Positions 1-11,822 of a stretch of 64,000 bases of DNA are shown here, piece by piece (within the stretch, counting starts at the first letter, position 1; every line of letters begins with the position of its first letter). The notes below the pieces were generated by a model. The model had not been told where the DNA came from. It saw nothing but the letters and a program-made list of their open reading frames with translations, and ran no database searches. The DNA is taken from NCBI GenBank assembly GCA_023920165.1, contig CP089274.1, positions 2,170,001-2,234,000 of the forward strand, read 5' to 3'. The DNA comes from Curvularia clavata. Taxonomy: Eukaryota. The position numbers and the translations under genes are program-made.

Positions 1-1104
1 AGTATGGCTGAGCCGCTGTGGGGTCATGGGAAGGATCTGAGACGGGCGGATCTACAACGGAAATATCGCATCTGATCTGAAAAGTGATGGGATGTGATGT
101 GGTGCCATGCCACTGCCACTGCCATGGAGCGGCTAAGGGGAGCGATGTTTGACAGGCTCGAGACCACGAGCTAGCGACTAGCAGCTAGCAGCACCCCGGC
201 GAAGTGGCAATGGCGGTGCTCGGCGGGGCGCACAGGCGGGCGGAAGAAGGGGGCCACGCGATGTGACGTCGGTGGCTGTGGAGGCTTCTGGATAATGTTT
301 CGAGTGACAAATAGAAGCGCAGGCGTGGTGGACGACCAAGATTCAATCTCAGATTTCGCCAATCGACGCGCACATGGCGAGCCTTCAGGGCAGGGAGGCG
401 TGCAAGGGTCATGGCGACAGGGTGTAGAGGAGGTAGGTTTTGTCATTGGCGGTAACTGTCGTGGGTAACTGTCAGCACACATGGATGGAGGAGGAGGAGC
501 TTTGGTGCAGGACAGCAGGCAATGAGCACGGCGCTGGGCGGCCGAGGCACTGTGGTGAATGCATTGTAGTCGGCGACGTGGAATGATGCTGCTGCTGCGG
601 TGTCAAACTGGAGTGGACTGTGGGCTATTGGGGGATCGGCGAGCACAAGCTGGCAGCAATGTTCTCGTAACCCACGAGTTGGATGAGATCGGCGCTAGTC
701 CCGATCGGAGAGCTCGCGTATCTGCGCATCTCAGTATTGCGCCAGGGCAGCCCTTGGTGGGCTGCGCGGGCGTGGGCCACAGCCGGCCCTGAGATTGGGC
801 CGCATGCTCAACATGGCTGCGCGATCACGATCTGGCAGGGCCTTGTCGAGACGGGATGATGGAGGGCTATTTATCAGACGTCGCGGTGTTGGACGTTGGC
901 GCGGGCACAAGGCTTTTCCCCGCTCGGTGCAAGCGCTGACTGGGCCTTCGCTACCGGACGCCGTGTCATCCGCGCCGGCGGTCACGGACAGCGGGTTTGG
1001 CCATTTTACCCGACTGCGTGCTCTGGCGTCTGGCGTCTGGCCCAGCGGTTTGCGGCAGCCTCTGCGTACCTACCACGCCATGTCTCCTTGCACCCACTGC
1101 CAGC

Positions 1105-1126
1105 GATCGCGATCGCGATCGCGATC
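1105..1126. repeat. (GATCGC)n hexamer microsatellite forming a perfect 22-bp palindrome
   Basis: gatcgcgatcgcgatcgcgatc is its own reverse complement. Confidence 0.9.
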
Positions 1127-2542
1127 TGGCGCCCTTTTGTTGATAGCCAACCCCCCCCGCGACAACAGCCGGCGCACGTCTCGGCGTCGTCCTGCGCGAC
1201 CAAACAAGCAGGTGCATAGTCAGGTACGTTGGCCCGACACGTCTCCATGGCACCCTGACTGACTGCGACGTGGTTTTGGCAGGCAGAGAAGCAGAGAGAA
1301 ACAAAATCTCGGTTGCCCGCCCGCTTTGTTCCGCCCTCCAGTCTGGGCTCCCACAGGCACATTCCCTGGTATGCCGTCTCCCGCCGACATGCCCATGCCC
1401 GCAGGCCCTGCTGTGTCTTTTGCCTACCCCCAGTAACGGCGGCCGTGGTGCTGGTGCTGGCACTGCTGGAATACATACCGCACACGTATGTCCTGGCGGC
1501 TGCCGAGCCCAGTGCACACGCAGCGTGCAGCCCTGGCCTGGCACCGGCCTAGGCCTGGTGCTCCACCACCGCCCACCCAGCTCGCCGAACCGCCCTCTCG
1601 CACAGCGCCGGATATTAGACCGCCCGCTGCAGTTGGGCCGGATTGGCTGCCCTCCTGCCATGGCCGCCCGGCCCTGTTGGCATTGGGGAACGCCTGCTTG
1701 TTGGCTGCTGGCGGCTGTTGGCGCTGCTGGCTGCTGGCACCGCACAGTCGACTACCTCGCTCTGCTTTTGCTTCTTCTCCTTCTCCCATGTTCGCTATAA
1801 CACGCCATTCTCTCCTGCTCACCCAGCCTACCCGCCGCCCATTCTCCCTCAAACCCATCTCTCCGGGCCACCATTTCTCCTGTTGCTTGACCACACGCTT
1901 GCCCATGTGCAAGCTCTCCACCGTCGTCGCATTATCCCAGGCCTCGTCCGCTAGCATCCGCTGCCTGCTGATCCTGGTCCAAACTCCCGGCCCGCTTTTC
2001 ACACACCTGTGGCCATCGAAGCCACTCAGGCCCTCCGATCGCTCCAACCCTAGCATCAGACCCTTCCACCCACACTAATCTTCAGCCCTCTTGGGATCCG
2101 CGGCTTGCTTAGGCCCCTCGCACTGCCTCACGTCACTCGTCGCATCGCTGCATCTGGCTTGTTGCTGTCCGAACCCTGTCATCGCGATACCAGAGCGCCT
2201 CTAGCTCCGTTGTTTTTCGGCCCATCTCTGAGCCTGATCCCCCGTCACCTTGTGCGCCGCCCGTCCGCCCTGCACAAGTCGCCACTTTTTTCCCCTCTTG
2301 CTTTACATACTTTGGCTCGCCCACATCCCTCTCTCTCTCTCTCCCTCCCTTTCCCCCCCCAATTGCTCCTCACAGTCGAAGTCGTTGCTAGACGTACCCC
2401 TCGAACTGTACCGAGACCATCAAGTCGACTTTGTTGTCGTGCCCACGTCCAATCCTGGTTGAGCTATCCCACCGCCACCCACACACCCACCCACACATAA
2501 CATCTGCCTGCCTGCCACACTATCCAGCCTGTTGACCTCACT

Positions 2543-3924
2543 ATGCCTGCTGAGCGTCGAAGTTTCACCGCCGCCAGGCCCGTCAAGACGGAGCGCACCC
2601 ATGAAGAGAATCAGGAGCGGTTAGTCGACCTGTTCTGTTTCCTTATCGCAATCACGTGCTGATACTGTCCAGCGCCTACATTGCTGCCTCGCGCCGCAGT
2701 GACCGCAGTCTAGAGGCCCGCATTGAGTCTGCCCGCAGAGCTTCTGAGATTCACAAGAAGCGCACTGGCCGTGCATTGCGTGTTACTGAGCAGGATGTCA
2801 TCAACGAAGAGATGTACGAAGAGGAGGACGATGACTTGCCCACTCAGTATCAGCGTCTCAATGCCCACCTGCACACCACGTCAGTCATGTTTAACAAAAA
2901 GCTCCATGACTACATTGCTACCCAGCACGGCGTGAGAAACATGTTCATGTCCCAGTACCAGAATCAGAACCCCCCGTTCATGCAATTCGGTACCCAGTTC
3001 CCGTCTACCAGCGGCGCCTTTCCTCAGGCAAACAACTGGCTCAACCCGACCATGCTTCCACCTCAGCAGTTCTCTCCTTCCTCTCCCCAAGGATTTCAGC
3101 AGTCGCAGCCCTTCAGCCCTACCACGGCCCAGGCCCAGCCGGGATACCGTCAGGCGCCTTATCACGTGCCCCAGCGCACCCAATCTCACCAGCGCGCGCT
3201 TTCCATTCAGCTTCCTCAGGGACCTTCGCAATTTGACCAATCGGGTCAATCCGCTAGTGCAACGGCTACCACGCAGCAGACCGACTCCAACCGCAGACTG
3301 TCCCTACCGCCTCAGGCTTTCCAGACTGCTGAGCAGCCCTTGCAGTCGCCTGCTATTAATGCCCAGTCATCTTCGCCGCAGACCGCCTCTCCTGCAGCAG
3401 GCTCTGTCAGTGAAGGCCAGCAAGCTGCGAGTGACACCACCAGTCCTTCTTCGTACTCTTTCAGCCCATCCATCTATCCCTTTACTTCTCAGGCCTTTAA
3501 CACCAACCCGCTGACGCTGTCCATGCCACCCGAGTCTCAGCAGTTCCTTGGATCGTTCCTGGATCCCAACGATGCCCGCACTGCTACGCTTATGGCCGGC
3601 AGTGAGAATCTGCCTCAGCCATTTACCCCTACTTACACATACAACCCTAATAAGGTGGCGCGCACAGACAGTGCTACCGGTTCCGCCCAGACGCTGTCGT
3701 CGGGCCTAAACCTCAAGGCAGAATCTCTGTCTGACGACCCGTCACCAGCGCTACCTACCTCTATCCCAGACTCCTTCTATTCCAGCGATGCGTTCCTTAC
3801 CCCTGGAAATGCCGACTACGACTCGTTCTTCGACTTCCAAGGTGCCGGATATGCGCAGCCCCTAGATGACCATTCTGCCAACGACCAGGACAACGGCAAC
3901 AGCCTGGTCAACTGGGATGAGTAG
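2543..3924 (+). CDS. Uncharacterised fungal protein with charged helical N-terminal domain and Q/S/P-rich tail (transcription-factor-like); exons 2543-2619, 2673-3924
   Basis: ATG 2543 gives MPAERRSFTAARPVKTERTHEENQER. Intron 2620-2672 (GTTAGT..GCTGAT..CAG) joins in frame to AYIAASRRSDRSLEARIESARRASEIHKKRTGR of the 422-aa ORF. Confidence 0.85.
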
Positions 3925-6145
3925 TTGTATGCGCTACCTTCTTCTTGCCTTGTCGGCTTGTTAGCAGGCATGCATTACCACTTCCCCTCGGGGGCATTGT
4001 TTACTTTTCCCCTTCGAGTGCTTTTATTCTTTCTTTCTTTCTTTTTTCCTTTGGGGCATTGATTCTGATTTGAAAGCAAATGATACCTCTTGTACAGTGT
4101 CGTTCACGATGTCACGGCTGAGGCGTTGTACGGAGTCATTTTGGGCGCACCGAAAACGCTTGACATCTCGTTGGGGTATACAAACAGCTTTATAGCGGCA
4201 CCTACCAATGTCGTTGGGGAGACGGGATGTTCTCCTCACTCAATCCCCATCTTCAACCTTGGGTATCCGTTGTATAGTATAATAAATTTTACAGCTTCGT
4301 CGCTGCATGTTGCACAAGTAAGAATTTTTGATATTGCATGATACGTGATTCATGTGTATTGTGGTCTGATTGCTATGAAGTCCAGATATTCTAAAACAAT
4401 CGCACCGATGAGGCTGGTCTATCCCATCTTCGTACACAACTCGAGGGACATGGGTTTCACAGATACAAGAGACACAGTACGTCAATAAATTCCTTGGCTC
4501 TTTGCGCAACCACAGTGTCACTGCTACAGAATCTGCACCAGGCCGTTGAAAGAGGTGAGCGTAACATGTAGCAAACAGTCGAGGAGCCGCTTGCCAATCA
4601 CACTATCCTCTTTACTCACACAAGGGCTTTTTTGCACTCGATTACCTCTTTTACACCAGCCCTTGTTTACCACAAACTTAATCGTACACAAATATGCAAT
4701 ATCAGCACTATGTTAAGCTTAACGTAGTGCTGATTGTCTTACTCCTTCCCTGCCGAATACGACCCAGCCGAATGGATTTACGCCCGTCTTTGCATCGCGA
4801 GCAAAGGGGCCAGGCAGTATTGTGATCTTGCATTTTACTAACCCCCGTTCTACCGTGAAGATGAAAGTGATACACATGTGAAGGACCTCATAAAAAATTG
4901 AACTAGCGCCGTGGACGAAACTACAGTCGTACAATTGGCTCCCCTACACCCAAACTCGCTGCGTCTATTGTTGGTCTGTCAATGTGATCCCCATGGAGCG
5001 TACTCACGCCACTTTACGCAGCCTCATATCAATGCGTATGACGATGCATTTTTGGGCTAAAGTCACCTTTCGCTATGTGCTTGCCAACCGTAACATCTTT
5101 CTTCAAACCCATTATTTTCACCCTTTTCAAGCATCATGCAGTGGCCTTATAGCAAGCCGTACGCTCATTGATGCGCCTCTGTAGCTCACTTCACCGCTCA
5201 CTCGTCCGCCGCCCCTTGCAAGACGGCAGGGCTCGGCAGAGTGACATGACGAGAGACGTTTACTCATGTTACCTTTGCTGAATCGACTGATACTACCACT
5301 CTATCTCTGAACTACACACTCAGTCCTAGGAAGCACTCGTCGCGGCACATGGTAGCTCGTTGAGTGACTCGAGGTCATTGATCTCACAACGACACCAAGT
5401 CTTGCTCAACTCTGCATGGTGAACAGTTTATTTCTGAAGAAAGAATAGCGTCGTCGTCCATTGCTCTAGACTTCTCTCATCGGCATAACCGTCACCTTCT
5501 TCTCATTGTGTTTCTGCGCCACCTACCGGTAAACAGGGGGGTTCGCCGCACTACCTACATGCTGCACGACATGCGGGATGCTGCAGCAATGTAGCCTTAC
5601 TGTGGTGACCCTTCCCCACACTTCTTACTCAAAACCTTGGGTTGGCGTTACACGGGCTATGCATTCAGGTTCTCGCATGTCTTTGGCTGCAGGTATGTAG
5701 ACTGTGGGTATGGCTGATACGGATTAGCTAGGCCACGTATCTCTCTCGTTCAAATAGCTACTTGGGAGGATGAGAGAGTGATCTAGGCGTCTTTCGGCTC
5801 AACAGACGTAAACGAAGACACAGAATTATTTGAGCATTTGGCTGCACGGATACTCATGTCGGGAGGCAAGATGCCGTGCCGCACTGCATAATCTGTACCT
5901 GCATCGCAACAGAGTACCTTCTTTACTTCTTATCCTTGTAACACCGCAGTGTCAAACCCAAACCTAGACTGCCGTTTCTGTGAAACAAGACGAAGCTAGA
6001 TATAAGAAGAGAATGTTCGAGAGGAGAAAAGTTCCAAGCTGCTCAGTTGCGGTTCTTCTTCGTCAGACTCTCGCTCTGTCTCTCTCGTTTATTCCACTCG
6101 TTTTCTTTGCCGCGAATAATTGTGTCAAGGTGTACACTGTTCGTT

Positions 6146-8164
6146 ATGAGGTTCAACGCTTACTTCTCGCTTGTGGCATTCGCTGCGTCGAGTGCTGCTG
6201 AACGCTTCCGCTGTATGTATTCCTGTATCCCTACCAACTAGCCACTCTGCAGTCATTGCACTGAGATTTCGAGAAGCGAGAAAAGTCAAATGTGTGTTGC
6301 CGCTAACATGCTGGCTCAGTGAATCTACCAAGGCATGTGCGGCCCCGCCAGTACTCTGCTCCGCCGGAATACTCGCCTGTGTACCCGAGTTTGAGCAGCG
6401 GCAGCGAAAGTGCGTCATCAAGCTTCCCTACTGGATCTCTGTCCTCGCTGTCTACGGGTGTCTCATCGACGGGCGATGTACCACAAGGCCAGAAATCTAC
6501 TTCCGTTGTGGAGATACCACCAACCCAAACGCTCTCTTCCACTGTAGATATACCACAGGGCCAGACATCCTCCTCCGTACCGCAAGATCAGACATCTTCT
6601 TCCATCGTGGATGTACCGCCAGGTCAGACGTCCTCTCCCAGTGTTGAGGTACCGTCATACCACACGTCCTCCCTCGTATCGAATAACACTGTACCTGGAC
6701 CCTCGACAATCGTTATCACAAGCTTCATAGTCATTACATCGGTCATTCCGCCTGCATCGTGAGTCAAAATATGAGACGCTATTGGTAGCCAGTATACTGA
6801 CCTCTGGCAGTGGCACTATAACTTCAACCGAGGCTACTGCGAGTAGTTCTGAAACCAGCAGCCTTTCCATCAGTATCCCGCTGTCTACTGGTCCACCATC
6901 CTCTGGCACTGGATATTACACATTGCCTCCGTATTCCTCGCACGAAACAGCACCTTATGGCAACAACACAGGGACTCCTTCGTCTCCATGGGGTTCAGGC
7001 ACTGTGCCAGTCTCCTCTCGCCCGCCACGAACATCTACTGTCCGCACCTCTACTCGTAGGTCTACTCGCAGCCGACCCACCCCAGGAACTACCCGGTCTG
7101 TTCCATATTCTTCAAACAGTACTCTGAGCAGGACCAACACAGTTCCTAGTGCTACTTCTAGCGGGAACAAGACGACTCCCGCAATCCCTACATCGTCTGC
7201 ACACTACAACCCGCCAGTCAATTCAACCAGTACCCCAGTCATCGTAACCGATTCCATCTTCCCGTCGAGTCGTGATATCTCGACAGTCACCTGGGTACCA
7301 TTTACATCTGAGGCATCTTCGACTGTACCCGTGGGTCCGTCTACCACGCCCTATGTCAGGTCCTCCTCTTCGTCAAGCCGCAAGCCATCAAGCCGCACCT
7401 CATCAAGCAGCCGCAGCCGCACCACCCGACGACGTACTTCGACACGTACCTGGAGCCGCACACTCACCATGTCGTTTTCGAGCACCGGTTCCGCCAGCCT
7501 CCCGCCCACGACACCCAGCACCTCACAAGAAGCGTCATCATCGCCCAGTACCCCAGGATCCGGCAGCACATCGCCTCCTGCCTCGCTGTCGACATCACCC
7601 AGCGTTCCAGAAGCATCCTCTTCATTCCCTCCAGCCTCGCTGTCGTCACCATCCACCAGCGCCATCACACCCTCCACATTTCCAAACGAAGGACCCAGCA
7701 CACCCACCCCCTCCTTCCCCTCCACCAACACCGAAGCAATCTCCTCTTCCTGGTCCGTCCCCCGCCCCTCATCATCTTATTCGTCCCCACCCCGTCCAAC
7801 TTCTGGGTTCTCCTTCCCAGCTCTGCCGTCGTCTTCATTCCCAGCTCAATCCTCTCCATTGTCCTCCCCCTCAGTCCCAAATACTTCCCACTACTCCATT
7901 CAATCACCCTCCGTGCTCCCCTCGTCCACCACCACTGATGCCGCCGCGTCTTCCTGGCCCGTTACTCCGCCGTCTAGTACGCGCACGACACTGGAAACTA
8001 GTGCAAGCAAAACGGGGGGTTATGCGCCGTTGCCGTCGAATGTGGTGGAAGAAGAAGATGAGAATGAGGAAGATGAACAGGATAGGGAGAATAGGGAGCG
8101 GAAGACGAATTTGGTAAGTCCAACCTCTTTTCCAGTTATCTTCCCTGGATTATGTTCAAGTTAA
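6146..8164 (+). CDS. Secreted Ser/Thr/Pro-rich mucin-like cell-surface protein; exons 6146-6212, 6320-6758, 6811-~8113/8164 (3' end uncertain)
   Basis: Signal-peptide-like MRFNAYFSLVAFAASSAA. Introns 6213-6319 (GTATGT..CTAAC..CAG) and 6759-6810 (GTGAGT..CTGAC..CAG) join ORFs 6319 and 6782 in frame. A further possible donor GTAAGT at 8114. Confidence 0.75.
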
Positions 8165-8498
8165 CGCGAGGTAGATGCACATGTGGTTTTTGTAAGCCTT
8201 GAACAAAAGGACAACGTCTACATACTGCCGAGTTCGTTGCTGTCGACTGTTTTAGCAGCATCGGAAGGACTTTCCTTAGTCATCGACAGAAGTGGTAGGC
8301 GACGAGCTGTGAGGGACTTGATACCTACTTAACCGGAGATTTATTTCTCCTCCATCTCTGCCAACGACGCTTTATATCAGAGTCGAGTACGGCAGATGAT
8401 TAAAGGACATGTGTAAACACCGTCTTTACCCTTCCCTCCCTTTCTTCTTTCCATCTCTGTGGATTTTCTCTTCTTCTTACACAAAAAAAAGAGGCGTA

Positions 8499-8548
8499 AC
8501 GTAGTTCACAAGCGAGTCGGCACCCCAAGCGAGTCGGCAGCTCCCCAC
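8499..8548 (+). repeat. Left TIR with internal direct repeat CAAGCGAGTCGGCA x2
   Basis: acgtagttcacaagcgagtcggcaccccaagcgagtcggcagctccccac is the exact reverse complement of 10296-10345; similarity extends ~17 bp further with a few mismatches. Confidence 0.95.
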
Positions 8549-8579
8549 CGGCGCGTCAACGTCGACACTATAACGCGTT

Positions 8580-10226
8580 ATATCTCAACCACATCAAATC
8601 TAACAAATTACTTCTAAAGCCGATATTCAATTAGCTATCTTTGAAATTAATTCTTGCCGTGTTCAAAGTGTTAAGCGTGCTGCTAAGATCTATAACGTTC
8701 CTCGAACAACAGTATAAGACCGACGCGCTAGAAAGCCCTCCTAACGCGACTGCGAGCCAAATTCAAAGCGTCTAAATAAGCTAGAAGAGGAGACTATAGT
8801 TAAGCGTATTCTTAAAGAATCTACGCGAGGATTTGCGCCTACAAAGGCTAACGTTCGAGCAATAGCTGATAAACTGTTGCATAAGCGGGAGAGCAACCCT
8901 ACTGGCAAGAACTAGGTTAATAACTTTATTAAGCGAACTCCTGAGCTCCGTACGCGCTAGAGCCGTCCCTATGATTACCAGCGAGCCGCCTGCGAGGATC
9001 CAGTGGCTATCCAGCGCTAGTTTGACTTGGTTCAGGCGATAAAGCAGAAGTGAGGTATCGTAGACGATGATATCTACAACTTTAACGAGACTGGCTTTAT
9101 GATAGACAAGATTTCATCACAGTTAGTTATCACAGGCTTAGAGGGATATGGCAAAAAGAAGCGGATACAGCCAGGCAACCGTGAGTGGGTTACTACGATC
9201 CAAAGCGTGGGCGCGTCGGGTCGCCAGATACCACCCTTCATTGTCTTTGCGGGCAAGGTGCTTATTAACGTCTAGTTTGAAAATTTGCCGGCCGACTGGG
9301 TTCTTGAAGTTAGTCCTAATGGCTGGACGAATAATCAACTTGCTCTTGCCTAGTTAGAGCACTTTGACACCCATACAAAGAGGCATACTGTGGGTAGGTA
9401 TCGACTGCTTATTATCGACGGCCACGAGAGCCACTACTCTATCAATTTTCAAGATCTTTGCAAGGAGAAGAATATTATCCTTCTCTGCATGCCTGCACAC
9501 TCGTTTCACCTACTACAGCCTCTTGATGTCGCCTGCTTCTCGCCGTTAAAGCGCAAGTATGGCGACGCTATTTCGGGCTTGGCACGTAACCGTACCAACT
9601 ATATTAGCAAGGAGACCTTTCTGCCAGCCTTTAAGGCTGCTTTTGAGCAGTCTATTACGAAGGAGAATATCCAAGCTGGCTTTAGAGGCGCTGGTCTAGT
9701 CCCACATAAACCACAGGCTGTGCTATCAAAGCTTGATGTGGTGGTGCAGACACCATATCAATCACCGCGACGGGTAGCCGCCTGGGAGGCGCAGACACCA
9801 CGCAACGCGCGCGAAGTCGAGGCTCAAATTGGTCTTATTCAACAGAGCGTGAGAAGGCGCCGTGGGTCCTCTGCCAACTCACTTACTGAGCAGATTGCGC
9901 AGTTGAGTAAGGGGGCTCAGCAAATGGCACATAAGATGGTACTTCTGACAGAGAAAATAACTACTCTTCAAGAGGCTCTTGACGAATCAAATAAGCGTAA
10001 GAGCCGCAAGCGGCGATACGTACGGTCAGAAGAGACTCTTACTATAGGCGAGGTATAAGAAGTATTAGCTGAACAGGCGGGTAGCAGTCGTGGTAACGGT
10101 GAGAGTGCGTCGAAGAGGGTGCGAGGACAGAGGCGGTGCGGGCGTTGCAAGCAGACTAGACACAACGCTCGTACCTGTGCAGTTGATATAGATAGTGCAA
10201 GCGATAGTGGCGATTCTGATAATTAA
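8580..10226 (+). pseudogene. Pogo/Fot1 DDE transposase pseudogene (548 codons, 10 in-frame stops, no frameshift)
   Basis: Single frame from ATA (probably former ATG) 8580 to TAA 10224-10226. HTH-like AAKIYNVPRTT, YNFNETGF (catalytic D to N), QPGNREWVT, GWTNN, LIIDGHESH, QPLDVACFSPLK, C-terminal CGRCKQTRHNARTC knuckle. Stops at 8601, 8715, 8742, 8913, 8958, 9018, 9051, 9273, 9351, 10056. Confidence 0.93.
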
Positions 10227-10295
10227 TTTGGTATATCGCAATAGTTTATTGACTGTGATAAAAGACTGTGATAACGTCTCGACGTCAACGCGCCA

Positions 10296-10345
10296 GTGGG
10301 GAGCTGCCGACTCGCTTGGGGTGCCGACTCGCTTGTGAACTACGT
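10296..10345 (-). repeat. Right TIR
   Basis: Reverse complement of 8499-8548, followed by TA. Confidence 0.95.
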
Positions 10346-10920
10346 TATCAGTCATCTTTGTACTTTTCTCTACTCTCCTTGATAAAGATTCTTCTTCTTC
10401 TTTTTATATAGGGTGCGGGTAATAAATCTTCTCTTACTTTTATCTCTCTATCTATTCAAATGTTGATGTGGATATGGATATGTGATGCGTACTTTTCAGA
10501 TCAACTCTATTTTACAATGGTGCAACGACACAAGGGCTAAGATAAAAAGAAGATTTAAACGTACTTCGTTGCCAAAAGTTTACAGTGGCTTAAAGGGAAA
10601 AAGAAAGGAAAGTAAATAAACGTGCATAAGAGAAAAGAGACATGATGTCATACTTCGTCATGTCATGTGCTTACGGCGCACTGTTGTTGAGCCCAGCCAG
10701 CCACATAGCTGGCTTGGTATCAAGTCGAGCAGCAGCAAAACATCAATTGAACAAGAAGAAGTAGAGCCTACGGCCGTTTCAAACATTACATTTCATCCTT
10801 TGAACTATGCATTGCCTTCCCCTCCCTTTTATCCATTCCCTTCATGGGGAATGTGATATCCTCAGTTTTCATTAAAGTATCATAACAGCATCTCCCCGTC
10901 TCATCTTTCTTGCTTCTCCT

Positions 10921-11404
10921 TTACATCTTGCTCTTCGCCTCGCCCTTAAGTTCTGCTGCCTTGCCCTTTGCCTCACCAGCAAGCTCGCTCGCCTTGCCCT
11001 TGGCCTCGCCAGCCATCTGGTTTGCCTGACCCTTTGCCTCGCCGGTGGTGTTGGGCGTGGCTTCCTTGACTGCGCTGGCGACTTCCTCTGTATTATACAT
11101 TAGCTTTCTGAAGTACAGAGTCATCGAGAGTAACAATGGAAGGAGTGGTTGCACCGTAAGAGGTTGTCATGTTCTCGGCTGATGTGGAGGGTGTTAGGGA
11201 GAAGAGTGTGGGAATAGAGGGGAGGGAAGAGAAAGAAACAGAGAAAATAAACGTACCGCCCTTCTCGATGCCCTTTACAGCAGCACCCGAAATCGTCTGG
11301 TCGACCTTCTTGGCCGCATCCTTGATAGCGTCTACGGGGCTCTTGCGTGCAACGGGCGTGGTGCTGAAGAGGCGCGCCTGGCGGACAATCTGTTGGCGGA
11401 ACAT
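10921..11404 (-). CDS. Small LEA-like hydrophilin with mitochondrial presequence (104 aa); exons 11404-11257, 11087-10921
   Basis: MFRQQIVRQARLFSTTPVARK presequence-like start. Intron 11256-11088 (GTACGT..CAG) keeps frame. 11-mer repeats GEAKGQANQMA/GEAKGKASELA/GEAKGKAAELK. Confidence 0.85.
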
Positions 11405-11822
11405 GTTGTTTGTTTGTTGGTGTTTGAGAGAGTGGTACGCAGTTGCGATTGTTGGTTGGAGAAACGGGTTGGAAGAGAAGATGACAATTGTATGAGTACT
11501 TGAAAGTAAAGTTCGTGAAGAGAACAGGCGAGACGGACAGCTTTAAAGAACAGGTGCTGCAGGTGGAGTTAGTGGTAGCTGTGCTGTGGTATGACGTCGA
11601 TGTGATCATCCAATGGAGAAAAGTGGGCACCTTAGCTAGCTACCCGCATGCAAAACATCGCGATTGCGGATTCGCATCTCGTGAGATCGGGGAATTTTTG
11701 CATGTGAATTATGGATTTTCTTTATGCTTGTGAGAGCGTATTAATAAATTGATGCGTCTATCTATTAATTACTACAATCTTCGGTATTTTCATTTCTCAT
11801 AATCGTTGTCGTGCTTTTCGCT

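Larger units (their letters stand above)
8499..10345 (+). mobile_element. Fot1/pogo-like (Tc1-mariner superfamily) DNA transposon, 1847 bp, full length, RIP-inactivated
   Basis: 50-bp perfect TIRs starting ACGT (8499-8548, 10296-10345), TA duplication at 8497-8498 and 10346-10347, internal DDE transposase remnant. Confidence 0.95.

Noticed and set aside
171..2500. Many overlapping 100-260 aa ORFs on both strands
   Set aside because: GC-rich, R/P/A/C-biased translations with no motif or splice structure; expected by chance.
9390..10058. 222-aa transposase ORF as an active gene
   Set aside because: GTG-started internal fragment lacking the DNA-binding domain and first catalytic Asp; part of the pseudogene.
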